This document shows, piece by piece, positions 35,999 to 46,108 of a DNA stretch of 64,000 bases. The DNA is from Eubacteriales bacterium. GTDB lineage: Bacteria; Bacillota; Clostridia; Oscillospirales; CAG-272. The notes below the pieces were generated by a model. The model was not told the origin of the DNA, ran no database searches, and worked only from the letters and a program-made list of their open reading frames with translations. Where the stretch lies: contig JAZNFP010000045.1 in assembly GCA_045576095.1 (NCBI GenBank), forward strand, positions 10,391-74,390, in the 5' to 3' direction. How positions within the stretch are numbered: position 1 is the stretch's first letter; every line of letters begins with the position of its first letter. The translations under genes and the position numbers were made by a program.

Positions 35999-36651
35999 CC
36001 TACGACGAGCTGATAAAAGACGGTGATATCCGCACGTATATTACAGCTGCCGACAGATCCCTGGCGGAGCTCGGCTATACCGAGCACAGCTTCGCGCACG
36101 TGATGCGCGTGGCAAGCGAGGCCGCCAAGATTCTCTCGATGCTCGGCTACACGGAGCGCGAGGTGGAGCTTGCGAAGATCGCAGGGTATCTGCACGACAT
36201 CGGCAACCTCGTCAACCGCACCGATCATTCGCAAAGCGGCGCCGTGATGGTATTCCGCATTCTTGACCGTATGCAAATGCCCGCCGCGGATATTGCCGAG
36301 ATCGTAACCGCCATCGGCAACCACGACGAGGGCACCGGCATTCCCGTGAACCCCATCTCCGCCGCCCTGATTCTCGCCGACAAAACCGACGTCCGTCGCA
36401 GCCGCGTGCGAAACGCCGACGTCGCCTCCTTTGACATTCACGACCGCGTCAACTACTCGGTCGAGCGCTCCGAGCTTTCCCTTGATCTCCAAGAGAGAGA
36501 AATCCGACTGCATCTGACGATTGACAGGACGATCAGCTCGGTGATGGACTATTTTGAAATTTTTCTCGGTCGCATGATGATGTGCCGCAAGGCGGCCGAG
36601 CGTCTCGGTATGCGTTTCCGTCTGCAAATCAACGGACAAGCCCTGATATAA
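35995..36651 (+). CDS. HD-domain phosphohydrolase
   Basis: H...HD motif (FAHVMRV..., AGYLHDIGN, GNHDEGTG). The TTG start at 35995 overlaps the upstream stop (TTGA) and lies 8 nt after GGAGGA. Confidence 0.8.
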   Translation: MTYDELIKDGDIRTYITAADRSLAELGYTEHSFAHVMRVASEAAKILSMLGYTEREVELAKIAGYLHDIGNLVNRTDHSQSGAVMVFRILDRMQMPAADIAEIVTAIGNHDEGTGIPVNPISAALILADKTDVRRSRVRNADVASFDIHDRVNYSVERSELSLDLQEREIRLHLTIDRTISSVMDYFEIFLGRMMMCRKAAERLGMRFRLQINGQALI

Positions 36652-36690
36652 AAACAGTACACACCGTCAAAAACTCGAAAGGACGAATCT

Positions 36691-38457
36691 ATGGACATTT
36701 TTGATGCCCTTCAGCTGCTCTGCGGGCTATCACTCTTTCTGTTCGGCATGAACGGCATGGGGGATGCGCTCAAGCGTTGCGGCGGAAACCGCATGAAAAG
36801 CATTCTCTCAAGCCTGACCTCAAATCCCTTCAAGGGATTTCTTCTCGGACTCGGCGTAACCGCCATCATCCAATCCTCCTCTGCCACAACCGTCATGGTC
36901 GTTGGATTCGTCAACTCGGGACTGATGACACTGGCGCAAACGATCGGCATCATCATGGGTGCAAACGTCGGTACCGCCGTGACCTCCTGGCTGACGGGTC
37001 TGTCGGGCATCGAGGGGGGCGAATCGGTTACCAGTGTCATTGCCTGGCTCAAGCCATCGGCATGGATGCCGGTTCTTGCCGTCATCGGCATCTGCACCAC
37101 CATGCTTGCAAAGAGCGATCGAAAAAAGGACGTCGGACACGTGCTTCTCGGCTTTGCGGTCCTGATGACCGGAATGGATCTGATGAGCGAATCGGTCGCG
37201 GGACTGAAGGGGGATCCCGATTTTGCCGGGATTCTGACGATGTTTGAGAATCCCCTGCTCGGAATTCTGGCAGGTCTCGTTTTGACCGCGATCGTGCAGT
37301 CGTCCTCCGCCTCGGTCGGCATCCTGCAAACCCTGACGACCACCGGTGCGATCACCTACGGTGCCGCCTTCCCGATCGTCATGGGACAGAACATCGGCAC
37401 CTGCGTAACCGCCCTTCTTTCGTCAATCGGAGCCAATAAAAACGCACGTCGCGCCGCGCTGATCCATCTCTATTTCAATATCATTTCGGTATGCGTGGTA
37501 TACGGTGGCTTCTTCACCCTTGATCTGTTCCTGAATTTTGCCTTCGTCGGCAAAACGATTGATATGTGGGGCGTTGCCGCCGTTCATACGATCTTTAAGC
37601 TGATCGCCGTCGTTGTGTTTGCTCCCTTCTGCAAGCATCTCGAGACCCTTGCGCGACTGACCATCAAGGACGACCCCGAGGAAACCGAGAAGGTCAATAT
37701 GCTCGACGACCGCCTGCTTGCCACCCCCTCGGTTGCCGTTGAGCAGGCCGAGAAGATCACGGCAAGGATGGCGCACCTTGCCTGCACCGCCCTTGAAAAT
37801 TCGCTTTCACTGCTCGATGCCTATGACGAGAAAATCGCCGCACAGATCCGTGCCGATGAAAGCGAGGTTGATGAATACGAGGATATGCTCGGGGGCTATC
37901 TGATCAAGCTTTCCGCCCACGATCTTTCCGAATCGGACAGCCACAGCGTCACGAAGCTTCTGCACGTTATCGGCGATTTTGAGCGTATATCCGACCATGC
38001 CGTCAACATCGTGGAGTCGGCAGAGGAGCTTCGAGAGAAGAGGATTGCCTTCTCCGAGAGAGCGCAAAGCGAGCTTTCGGTCATGCGCGCTGCCGTCAGT
38101 GAAACCGTCTTGATGGCGTGCGATGCCTACGTGAAGCGCGACTTTGAAGCGGCTGCGCTCGTTGAGCCCCTTGAGCAGGTCGTCGATCATCTGCGCGATC
38201 AGATTAAGATGCAGCACATTCTTCGCCTACAAAAGAGCGAGTGCACCATTGAGCACGGATTCGTGCTCTCGGATATCCTCAACAATCTTGAGCGCGTTGC
38301 CGACCATTGCTCCAACATTGCCGCCTGCATGATCGAGCTCTCAAAGCACGACGTGCTCGGAATGCACCGCTACACCCGGGACATCCGTTCCGGCAGCGAA
38401 GATTTCAACCAGAGCTATCGCGCGTATCTCAACAAGTATTCTCTGACCCAGCATTAA
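36691..38457 (+). CDS. Na/Pi cotransporter family protein (NptA-like membrane domain plus C-terminal PhoU-like domain)
   Basis: Repeated QSSSATT / QSSSASV motifs. C-terminal helical repeats with the ERISDHAVNI and ERVADHCSNI PhoU-type signatures. Confidence 0.9.
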   Translation: MDIFDALQLLCGLSLFLFGMNGMGDALKRCGGNRMKSILSSLTSNPFKGFLLGLGVTAIIQSSSATTVMVVGFVNSGLMTLAQTIGIIMGANVGTAVTSWLTGLSGIEGGESVTSVIAWLKPSAWMPVLAVIGICTTMLAKSDRKKDVGHVLLGFAVLMTGMDLMSESVAGLKGDPDFAGILTMFENPLLGILAGLVLTAIVQSSSASVGILQTLTTTGAITYGAAFPIVMGQNIGTCVTALLSSIGANKNARRAALIHLYFNIISVCVVYGGFFTLDLFLNFAFVGKTIDMWGVAAVHTIFKLIAVVVFAPFCKHLETLARLTIKDDPEETEKVNMLDDRLLATPSVAVEQAEKITARMAHLACTALENSLSLLDAYDEKIAAQIRADESEVDEYEDMLGGYLIKLSAHDLSESDSHSVTKLLHVIGDFERISDHAVNIVESAEELREKRIAFSERAQSELSVMRAAVSETVLMACDAYVKRDFEAAALVEPLEQVVDHLRDQIKMQHILRLQKSECTIEHGFVLSDILNNLERVADHCSNIAACMIELSKHDVLGMHRYTRDIRSGSEDFNQSYRAYLNKYSLTQH

Positions 38458-38504
38458 AAGAAGCCGCCCCCGGCCGGAAGTGACAGGGGCGGCTTCTGTT
38501 TTTG
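38457..38504. terminator. Bidirectional terminator between convergent genes
   Basis: AAGAAGCCGCCCC (38458-38470) pairs with GGGGCGGCTTCT (38487-38498), then GTTTTT. Confidence 0.8.
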
Positions 38505-38507
38505 AAA

Positions 38508-39944
38508 TTAAAGCTCGAATCGAAAGGGCTGGAGCAGGATCCCGAACACGTAGTACCACACTCTCTTATAAAAAGGCATTTCCCGAACGAGCACGTCAAC
38601 CGTCGTTCCGGGCCCAACCTCGGTACAATCGGCATACAGATCCGTCAGACTCTCCTCGACGAGCGCACCGAGTGCCTCACTATCGACTACCACCATCAGC
38701 TCGGTATTCATATAGGTGCTTCGCAGATCGAGATTGAAGGAGCCGATCAGAACGAGCGAATCATCAATCAGAACCGTCTTCGCATGGGTGGATTTCTCGC
38801 CGTTATACTCAAGAATCTCGGCACCGCTCTTGAGAATCTCATCCTGATGGTACAGATAGTCGGCGGGGGTGAATTTGTTGTCGGTGTTGAGAATTGAGTT
38901 CGTGACGAGCGTCAGCGGCACCGACGAGTCGATCTCGGCAAGATCGCGGTACATCGCCTTGCTGCAAACGATATAGGGAGCCTGCACGACCACCCTCTCG
39001 GTAGCCGAAAGCATCAGCTGCTTCATCTCGCTCCAGACGTCGGGACTCTTTCCGTATATACCGATCTCGCCGGTAATGAGCGAGACGCGATCGGTCGCAA
39101 GCGTGTGCTCGGTCAGCCAATCCAGAAAGCTCCCCGCGATTTCAAACGAAAAATCGGTATACGCCGCCGCCTTGATCCTAAGCCTTTCCTTTTCCATTTT
39201 TGCATCGCCATAGTCCGCGCCGAGACTCCAAAGTCGGTCTACAACGTCCGAGTCCCAAAGCGTCTCAAAATAGGCCTTGAGCTCAATAATCGAGTTCTCG
39301 GGGTCGTTCGGATCGGTGGAAAGCACGAGAAGCTCACGGTCGGTGCTTTCATCCTTTGCACCGAAATCGCCAAGAAAGCGATCCCAAGTGTTTCTTCCGC
39401 CCACGATATAGGCGCACTCGTCCACGACGAACATTTTATCGTGCAGGCGCCCGCTCATCTTCCAGGGCAAAAGAGGATTGAGGCGGTTATAGAGTCGAAG
39501 CTCGATCCTCGGATGGGTCGAAAGCGCCTGAAAGAAGGCTCTCCCCTCCATATTGGTGATGCCGCAAAGTCCGTCAACGAGAATCCGCACGCGCACTCCG
39601 CGATCGGCAGCGCATAGGAGCTCGGCTGCGATGGCATCGGCGGCAGAGCCCTCCTTAAAATCGTACGTCGTGATGAGAATCTCCTGCCGTGCCTCGGAAA
39701 TCAAGCGCAATCGGTATTCAAGCGCCTCAACGTTTGATTCAATCAAGGTGACGCGCTCGCTGCCCTCTCCCTCGGCCGTATAGCGCGAGAGATCGCCGCT
39801 TCCCTGCCCCGTCGGGCGGAGATAAACGAAGGGAGCCGAAAGTCCGATCACGTAGTACAGGAGAAGAAGCAACACCACGAAAAGGATTCTCACGCGCCGC
39901 TTCCGTTTCCGGTATTTGGCGCGCAGAGCGATAGGATGTATCAT
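38508..39944 (-). CDS. Phospholipase D-family protein (cardiolipin synthase-like, two HKD motifs)
   Basis: N-terminal TM helix. HKD motifs HDKMFVVDECAYIVGGRN and HAKTVLIDDSLVLIGSFN. Confidence 0.88.
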   Translation of the reverse strand: MIHPIALRAKYRKRKRRVRILFVVLLLLLYYVIGLSAPFVYLRPTGQGSGDLSRYTAEGEGSERVTLIESNVEALEYRLRLISEARQEILITTYDFKEGSAADAIAAELLCAADRGVRVRILVDGLCGITNMEGRAFFQALSTHPRIELRLYNRLNPLLPWKMSGRLHDKMFVVDECAYIVGGRNTWDRFLGDFGAKDESTDRELLVLSTDPNDPENSIIELKAYFETLWDSDVVDRLWSLGADYGDAKMEKERLRIKAAAYTDFSFEIAGSFLDWLTEHTLATDRVSLITGEIGIYGKSPDVWSEMKQLMLSATERVVVQAPYIVCSKAMYRDLAEIDSSVPLTLVTNSILNTDNKFTPADYLYHQDEILKSGAEILEYNGEKSTHAKTVLIDDSLVLIGSFNLDLRSTYMNTELMVVVDSEALGALVEESLTDLYADCTEVGPGTTVDVLVREMPFYKRVWYYVFGILLQPFRFEL

Positions 39945-39969
39945 GTACCGGTTCTCCGTTTGCCTTCAA

Positions 39970-40010
39970 AGAATTCTCTGCGGGGAAACAACGCCGTTAC
40001 CCCGCAGAAC
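39970..40010 (-). terminator. Terminator-like hairpin downstream of glyQS
   Basis: CTGCGGGG (39978-39985) pairs with CCCCGCAG (40000-40007). The T-tract on the minus strand is weak. Confidence 0.5.
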
Positions 40011-40030
40011 AAAAGCATTTTGAATCAAAA

Positions 40031-41428
40031 TCAGAATACGAGCTTCGACTCGATATACCCGCGTACCGAGGTGATCGGCATTCTGATCTGCTCCATCGAA
40101 TCGCGGTCGCGCACCGTAACGCATCCGTCGACCTCGCTGTCAAAGTCATAAGTGATACAATAGGGCGTTCCGATTTCGTCCTGACGGCGGTAACGCTTAC
40201 CGATCGAGCCCGACTCGTCGAACTCAACGTTCATATGCTTCGAAAGCTCGGCGTAAAGCTCGCCTGCCTTGTCGGAGAGCTTCTTTGAGAGCGGCAGAAC
40301 GGCTGCCTTGATCGGTGCGAGCGCGGGATGCAGACGAAGCACCACGCGGACGTCGTTTTTCGCCTCGTCAACGATCTCCTCGTCATAAGCATCGCAAAGG
40401 AAGGCGAGGGCAACGCGGTCGGCACCGAGCGAGGGCTCAACGACGTACGGAATATACTTCTCGTTCGTCTCGGGATCGAAATACTCCATCGACTCGCCGC
40501 TGGTGTTCTGATGCTGGGTCAGGTCGTAATCGGTACGGTCGGCGATTCCCCAGAGCTCGCCCCAGCCGAACGGGAACAGGAACTCAATGTCGGTCGTCCC
40601 CTTCGAATAGAAGCAAAGCTCCTCGGGGGAATGATCGCGCAGACGAACGTTCTCGGCCTTCATGCCGAGCGAGTAAAGGAACTCGGCACAGTAGTTGCGC
40701 CAATAGGTGAACCACTCCATATCGGTGCCGGGCTTGCAGAAAAACTCAAGCTCCATCTGCTCAAACTCGCGGGTACGGAACACGAAGTTGCCGGGAGTGA
40801 TTTCGTTGCGGAAGGACTTTCCGATCTGACCGATGCCAAAGGGAACCTTCTTACGGGTGCTTCTGGCAACGTTCTTAAAGTTGACGAAGATGCCCTGCGC
40901 CGTCTCGGGGCGGAGATAAACCGTATTGGTCGAATCCTCGGTGACGCCGATAAAGGTCTTAAACATCAGATTGAACTTGCGGATCGGGGTAAAATCGTTG
41001 CTTCCGCAATCGGGGCAGGCGATGCGCTTTTCGGAAATGAACGAGCTCATCTCCTCGTCGCTCCAGGCAGCGGGGTTCAGGTCAAGCTTGTTCTCAAAGA
41101 CGTAATCCTCAATCAGCTTGTCGGCACGGTGACGGCTCTTGCAAACGCGGCAATCCATCAGGGGATCGGAAAAGCCGCCAAGATGTCCCGATGCCACCCA
41201 TGCCTTCGGATTCATGATAATTCCGCTGTCAAGACCGACGTTATGCGGATTCTCCTGCACAAACTTCTTCCACCAAGCGCGCTTGACGTTGTTCTTGAAC
41301 TCAACACCGAGAGGACCGTAATCCCAGGAGTTGGAGAGTCCTCCGTAAATCTCGGACCCCGCAAAGATGAAGCCGCGGTTCTTGCAAAGCGCGACGATTT
41401 TGTCCATGGTCTTCTTCTGATTATCCAT
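40031..41428 (-). CDS. glyQS: Glycine--tRNA ligase (homodimeric GlyQS type)
   Basis: [42 protein letters not shown] and the class II motifs [28 protein letters not shown] 41428 is preceded by AAAGGAAT. Confidence 0.96.
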   Translation of the reverse strand: MDNQKKTMDKIVALCKNRGFIFAGSEIYGGLSNSWDYGPLGVEFKNNVKRAWWKKFVQENPHNVGLDSGIIMNPKAWVASGHLGGFSDPLMDCRVCKSRHRADKLIEDYVFENKLDLNPAAWSDEEMSSFISEKRIACPDCGSNDFTPIRKFNLMFKTFIGVTEDSTNTVYLRPETAQGIFVNFKNVARSTRKKVPFGIGQIGKSFRNEITPGNFVFRTREFEQMELEFFCKPGTDMEWFTYWRNYCAEFLYSLGMKAENVRLRDHSPEELCFYSKGTTDIEFLFPFGWGELWGIADRTDYDLTQHQNTSGESMEYFDPETNEKYIPYVVEPSLGADRVALAFLCDAYDEEIVDEAKNDVRVVLRLHPALAPIKAAVLPLSKKLSDKAGELYAELSKHMNVEFDESGSIGKRYRRQDEIGTPYCITYDFDSEVDGCVTVRDRDSMEQIRMPITSVRGYIESKLVF

Positions 41429-41464
41429 TTCGTATTCCTTTCGTGACGGGATGTCCGTCAAATT

Positions 41465-42778
41465 TTAATCGTAAAAATCAAGGAGCTTTGCACGCAAGAG
41501 CCCGTTCGGGGCAGAAAGCGGAAGCACCGAGGCAAGACGTCCCGCAAGGGGCGCTTCGCTTTCCGTTACAACCTCGAAAAACTCGTTGGAATGTCCGCGC
41601 CAGACTCCCGGCTCACACGCGGTCTCAAAGAGCACCGTAAGAGGCTCCCCCGCCCGACAGATCGCGGAAAGAATCTCGCCGCGGATTTCGCGGTCGAGCG
41701 CAATCAAAGCGGCGGAGCGGCGGCGCTTGTCTCCCTCGTCAACCTGATCCGAAAGCTCGGCAGCCGGGGTCCCGGGACGCCTGGAATAGGCAAAAACGTG
41801 CATTTGCAGAAACCTTGCCTCGCGGCAAAACGCCTCGGTCTCCCGAAACAGCTCCTCGGTCTCTCCCGGGAAGCCGACCATCATATCGGTCGTGAACTGC
41901 ACGTGCGGCATTGCCTCGCGCAGCATCCGAAGCGCCGTCAGGGCTTGCCCCGACAGGTAGCGGCGGCGCATAGCGCGTAAAACGGCATCCGAGCCGCTTT
42001 GCATCGACAGATGAAAATGCGGCGCGAGCTTTGGAATTCTCGCAAGCCGCTCAACCGTTTCGGGAGTCATCATTTCGGGGGAAAGCGAGCCGAGGCGAAT
42101 TCTTTGCACGTCGGTCTCCCGTGACAGATCCAGCAGAAGATCGGGAAGGCGGTAGCCGTCAAGATCCAGCCCGTAAGCGGCAGTCTCGATTCCCGTCAGA
42201 ACGACCTCGCGGGTACCGCCTCCGACGAGCCCGCGAACCTCTTGGATGACGTCCTCTCTTGCCTTTGAACGGACGTAGCCGCGCGCGGCGGGAATGGTAC
42301 AGTAGCTGCAGCGGCAGGCACAGCCGTCCTCGATCTTGACGTAAGCTCGCGTTCGGGGCGCACGGGTGATACACATTCTCTCAAACGCAGCTCCCCGAAG
42401 ATCGCCGACCTCCAGCCTCGGGATGCTCTCACCCGACAGCAGCTGCTCCGCCCGATCGACAAGCCGAAGCTTTCGGTCGCTTCCGGAGACGTACGACACC
42501 CCACCAATCGCCGCAACCTCCTCGGGGCGAAGCTGGGAATAGCAGCCTGTTACGAGCACTGCCGCCGAAGGATTCCTTCGCAGGGCGCGGCGGATCATCT
42601 GCCGCGATTTACGGTCGCTCTCTGCCGTCACGGTGCAGGTATTGACAACGTATACGTCGCACGGACCGTCAAAATCCGAGATGAGAAAGCCTCGCGCGGA
42701 AAACGCCTCGGCGATCGCCTCGGTCTCGTACTGAGAAACCTTGCATCCAAGCGTGGCAAGTCCAACGCGATACGCCAA
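41465..42778 (-). CDS. mtaB: tRNA (t6A37) methylthiotransferase MtaB (radical SAM, MiaB-like)
   Basis: UPF0004 N-domain (LGCKVSQYETE, VVNTCTVT) and radical-SAM CACRCSYCTIP. The TTG start at 42778 lies 9 nt after GGAGGAGG. Confidence 0.88.
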   Translation of the reverse strand: MAYRVGLATLGCKVSQYETEAIAEAFSARGFLISDFDGPCDVYVVNTCTVTAESDRKSRQMIRRALRRNPSAAVLVTGCYSQLRPEEVAAIGGVSYVSGSDRKLRLVDRAEQLLSGESIPRLEVGDLRGAAFERMCITRAPRTRAYVKIEDGCACRCSYCTIPAARGYVRSKAREDVIQEVRGLVGGGTREVVLTGIETAAYGLDLDGYRLPDLLLDLSRETDVQRIRLGSLSPEMMTPETVERLARIPKLAPHFHLSMQSGSDAVLRAMRRRYLSGQALTALRMLREAMPHVQFTTDMMVGFPGETEELFRETEAFCREARFLQMHVFAYSRRPGTPAAELSDQVDEGDKRRRSAALIALDREIRGEILSAICRAGEPLTVLFETACEPGVWRGHSNEFFEVVTESEAPLAGRLASVLPLSAPNGLLRAKLLDFYD

Positions 42779-42819
42779 AGCAAAGCACCTCCTCCGAAGT
42801 CCTGTGTATTATCCGAATT

Positions 42820-42848
42820 ATTATAGCACTTTCCGTCGACTTTGTAAA
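42820..42848 (-). promoter_or_regulatory. SigA-type promoter of mtaB-glyQS
   Basis: On the minus strand: TTTACA (42848-42843), 17-bp spacer, TATAAT (42825-42820). Confidence 0.55.
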
Positions 42849-42865
42849 GCCCTCGTGGAAAAAAT

Positions 42866-42908
42866 GAGAAAAAAGAAGAAGCCGCCGCCAAAAAAGGACG
42901 GCGGCGAC
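42866..42908 (-). terminator. Terminator downstream of the Mrr-like gene
   Basis: GC-rich stem GCCGCCG (42881-42887) with CGGCGGC (42899-42905). On the minus strand it is followed by TTCTTCTTTTTTCTCATTTTTT. Confidence 0.65.
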
Positions 42909-42917
42909 TCGGTAAAA

Positions 42918-44081
42918 TCAATCCGCGAGAAGCTCGGGGGCGGCGTAGGGCTTTCCGTTTCGGTGACGGATGCCGATCTCATAGCGGCAGGCAAGCTCAA
43001 AGAGCTTCACCGCGTCAATTCCGACGAGATCCGTGCTTTTGGAGAGAAACTCGACCGCCTCGGTGGTAAAGGTTGCTGTGGTAATGAAAATCCCCTTCGT
43101 AACCCCCTCTGCGGCGTGCACGCAGCCGTAAAATTCGCGCAGCTCCTTCAAGGTGATTTGGCTTCTCGCGCGCGTCTTTGCCTGCACGGCAACCTTATCC
43201 GAAAAGCCAAGCTCATCGCGCGTATGGAAAACGACGTCAATCCCCTTATCCTCCGAGCCGTCGACCACGAATCTTCCCGAAACGCGGACGCCGACCGAGG
43301 CGTAATAGGACTCGAGAAGCTTGGCGACGAAAACGTTGAAAAATGCGCCGCCCTGCCCGTTGACAAGTATGGCAAAGCTCTTTTCATCAAGCACCGCATC
43401 CCCGGAAACCAAAGCCGCAACCGCGCGAGGCTTGACTCTGGTGGCGCGCTGCACCTTGACAGCAGTGGTTTTACGAGGCAATTCGCGCATTTTGTCCTTG
43501 GCGGATGCGAGCTCCCCCTTTTGCTCTGCCCTTCGGTATTCACCGTCCGTGCAGAGAAGCGTTCCCTCGCTCACCGAGGCCTTGAGCACCTGCAGGGCGA
43601 GCCCCCGTACGCCGTGGATTCGTTCCCCCCTCGCTTCGAATTTCCCGACGGCCGCCTTGACGATCTCCTCCTCGGCAAGAGCGCCCGACTCGAAAAGCTC
43701 GTCGAGAAAACGGCGCATATCCTTTTCTTTCGGCTTTTTCGATTCGGCTTCCTTGATGGGGGCAACCTTTATTTTTTCTTTTTCTATCAAAACCCTCGAG
43801 GGTTCGGAGCAGGACTCTGAGAATTGATTTGCAAGAGCAGCGAAGGAAGGTCCGACCGAAACGGTTTCATCCTTTCCCAAAACGAGCGCACCCGATTCGA
43901 GAAGCTGCGTAAGTGTACGGCGGATGCTGTTTCCGAGCCGCGCTCTCTCAATCGCATTTCCGCTTCCGATCGCGTCAAGACAGCTCTTGCGAAGACGCCT
44001 CGAATCCCACTCCGATTGCTTTTGCATAAGCTCGGTGATGGCTTCCTGAATCCTTTTCGTACGGTTGGTTCCTTTCGGCAT
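42918..44081 (-). CDS. Mrr-like restriction endonuclease domain protein with an uncharacterised ~230-aa N-terminal region
   Basis: The C-terminal ~130 aa match the Mrr_cat PD-(D/E)xK pattern (GSEDKGIDVVF...VAVQAKTRARSQITLKELREFYG...GIFITTATFT). The N-terminus holds two similar helix-rich segments ending ESGALVLGKDETVSV and SEGTLLCTDGEYRRA. Confidence 0.8.
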   Translation of the reverse strand: MPKGTNRTKRIQEAITELMQKQSEWDSRRLRKSCLDAIGSGNAIERARLGNSIRRTLTQLLESGALVLGKDETVSVGPSFAALANQFSESCSEPSRVLIEKEKIKVAPIKEAESKKPKEKDMRRFLDELFESGALAEEEIVKAAVGKFEARGERIHGVRGLALQVLKASVSEGTLLCTDGEYRRAEQKGELASAKDKMRELPRKTTAVKVQRATRVKPRAVAALVSGDAVLDEKSFAILVNGQGGAFFNVFVAKLLESYYASVGVRVSGRFVVDGSEDKGIDVVFHTRDELGFSDKVAVQAKTRARSQITLKELREFYGCVHAAEGVTKGIFITTATFTTEAVEFLSKSTDLVGIDAVKLFELACRYEIGIRHRNGKPYAAPELLAD

Positions 44082-44091
44082 AGAGATCTCC

Positions 44092-45018
44092 TTAAGATCG
44101 GTATTTGGTCTTTTCCTTCAGAATTCGGTAAAGAGCACGGTAGCTCTCGTGTCGGCTTTCGGGAATTCTCCCCTCGGAAACGGCACGCGCAATCGCACAT
44201 TCGCCCACGCCCTCCCCGGTATGCGTACAATCCGAATAGCGGCACGCGCCTCGATAGGGCGAAAACTCTCGGAAGGAGTCGAACAGATCGTCCAGCTCAA
44301 AAAAGTCGAAGTGTACGAAGTCGAGAAGGGAAAAACCGGGAGTATCCGCTAAAAACCCCCCGCCCCGAACGGGGAAAAGCTCGACGTGACGCGTGGTATG
44401 GCGTCCGCGCTCGATCTTTCGGCTGATCTCCCCCGTCGTGAGCGAAAGCTCGGGGAAAAGGCAGTTGAGCAGCGTTGATTTCCCGACACCCGACGCTCCC
44501 GTCAAAGCCGCGACGGCTCCGCCTCTCATTTGCTCTGCGACGTCCTTCCGAAGCGTCTCGAGCCCCTCCCCCGTTACCGAGCTGATCGCAAATACGGGGA
44601 TCCCGACGCGGCGATAGATCTCGGCGTAGCTCTCGGCGGCGGCAGGAGCGAAATCCTGCTTCGTAACGATCAGCGCAACGCGAATGCCGTTATGCTCGGC
44701 AATTGCAAGAAGCTTATCGACCGTTTCAAGAACCGGTGCCGGCTTGGCAGAGGCAATCACGGCGTAGAGCATGTCGAGATTTGCCATCGGTGGACGGATG
44801 AGCGCATTTCTTCTCGGCAAAATCTCCTCAACGACCGCCTCCGAGCCGCTCGGCTCCGAAATCAGCACGCGGTCACCGACGAGCAGTCTTGCATCGTTTT
44901 TGTGCAGGTTGCCTCTGGCACGGCAGGCAACGCATCGATCCTCGGAATCCGGTATGACCTGAAAGAGACCGCCGAGCCCCTTGACGACGGTTCCTTGAAG
45001 AAGCTTTTGTTCAGGCAT
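44092..45018 (-). CDS. rsgA: Ribosome small-subunit-dependent GTPase RsgA
   Basis: Circularly permuted GTPase motifs (IVTKQDF, LTGASGVGKSTLLN, DTPGF) and the C-terminal zinc motif CRYSDCTHTGEGVGCA. Confidence 0.92.
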   Translation of the reverse strand: MPEQKLLQGTVVKGLGGLFQVIPDSEDRCVACRARGNLHKNDARLLVGDRVLISEPSGSEAVVEEILPRRNALIRPPMANLDMLYAVIASAKPAPVLETVDKLLAIAEHNGIRVALIVTKQDFAPAAAESYAEIYRRVGIPVFAISSVTGEGLETLRKDVAEQMRGGAVAALTGASGVGKSTLLNCLFPELSLTTGEISRKIERGRHTTRHVELFPVRGGGFLADTPGFSLLDFVHFDFFELDDLFDSFREFSPYRGACRYSDCTHTGEGVGECAIARAVSEGRIPESRHESYRALYRILKEKTKYRS

Positions 45019-46078
45019 TCGGTACCTCCCCCCGTTCCTCTGCACGGCGGAGCTGTCCGCAGGCGGCGTTAACGTCGGCGCCAAGGCGGCGTCTGACGGT
45101 TGCCGTCACGCCAAGGCGGCAGAGGAGCTCGCAAAAGCGGCTTGCCGCCTCTCGGGAGGGACGGCGATAGCCCGTTTCGCTGACCTCGTTAACGCGGATG
45201 AGATTCACGTGAATCGGCTCGCCGTGGCAGAAATACCGCCGAAGAAGCTTTGCTAACGCTCTCGCTTCCTCCTCGCTGTCATTTTCTCCTGCAATCAGCG
45301 TGTACTCAAAGGAGATTCTGCGCCCCGTCTCGGCAAAATAATCGACGCAGGCGGAAAGCAGCGAGTCGATCGGGTAACGCCGATTGATCGGCATGATTGA
45401 CGAGCGGCGCTCGTCGCTTGACGCGTGCAGAGAAATCGAGAGGGTGATCGGGAGCTTTTCCTTGGCAAGCTCGTAGATTTTCGGAACGACTCCGCAGGTT
45501 GAAAGCGAGATGTGACGGTAACCGATGCAAAGTCCGTCCGGACGGTTGACGAGGCGCAGAAATTTCAGAACCTCTCGGTAATTATCAAGCGGCTCGCCGA
45601 TCCCCATCATCACGACACCGTCGATTCGCTCGCCGCTGTCGCGCGACACGGCGAGAATCTGTCCCAGAAGCTCCGAGGCATAAAGATTCCGCACGCGCCC
45701 ACCGATGGTAGAGGCACAGAAGCGACAGCCCATCGCACATCCCACCTGAGACGAGATGCAGAGCGTCGTTCCGTGCTCATAGCGCATGAGCACACACTCG
45801 ATGTGGTGTCCGTCCGAGAGACGAAGGAGATATTTTGCCGTTCCGTCGATCGCCGAGACGAGCTTCCTTGCAACGGTCGGCATTCGCTCCTCGACCGACT
45901 CCGAAAGTCTTTCACGAAGTGAACGCGGAAGCGTCGTCATTTCACCGAGGGTAAGTCCCTTTTGGTGGTATGCCGAAAAGACCTGCTTCGCGCGGAAGGC
46001 GGGCTCACCGATTGAGCGGAGGAACTCGCCAAGCTCCTCTGGCGTCATGGAAAGGAGATCAACTCTCGTCTCGGTCAT
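45011..46078 (-). CDS. rlmN: 23S rRNA/tRNA (adenine-C2)-methyltransferase RlmN
   Basis: Radical-SAM GCAMGCRFCAS, MGIGEPLDN, and the C-terminal GADVNAACGQL. Confidence 0.95.
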   Translation of the reverse strand: MTETRVDLLSMTPEELGEFLRSIGEPAFRAKQVFSAYHQKGLTLGEMTTLPRSLRERLSESVEERMPTVARKLVSAIDGTAKYLLRLSDGHHIECVLMRYEHGTTLCISSQVGCAMGCRFCASTIGGRVRNLYASELLGQILAVSRDSGERIDGVVMMGIGEPLDNYREVLKFLRLVNRPDGLCIGYRHISLSTCGVVPKIYELAKEKLPITLSISLHASSDERRSSIMPINRRYPIDSLLSACVDYFAETGRRISFEYTLIAGENDSEEEARALAKLLRRYFCHGEPIHVNLIRVNEVSETGYRRPSREAASRFCELLCRLGVTATVRRRLGADVNAACGQLRRAEERGEVPNA

Positions 46079-46108
46079 GGCTCGGATCCTTTCGTCTGAA
46101 TTTGCTCC

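Noticed and set aside
40328-41446. 372-aa plus-strand ORF
   Set aside because: It is antisense to glyQS.
41429-41464. T-box leader upstream of glyQS
   Set aside because: Only 36 nt separate glyQS from the mtaB stop, which leaves no room for a ~200-nt T-box. glyQS appears co-transcribed with mtaB.
42918-44081. Mrr-like gene as part of a mobile island
   Set aside because: There are no integrase, transposase, tRNA or flanking direct repeats, and composition looks like the neighbours. It is reported as an in-cluster insertion/replacement rather than a mobile element.
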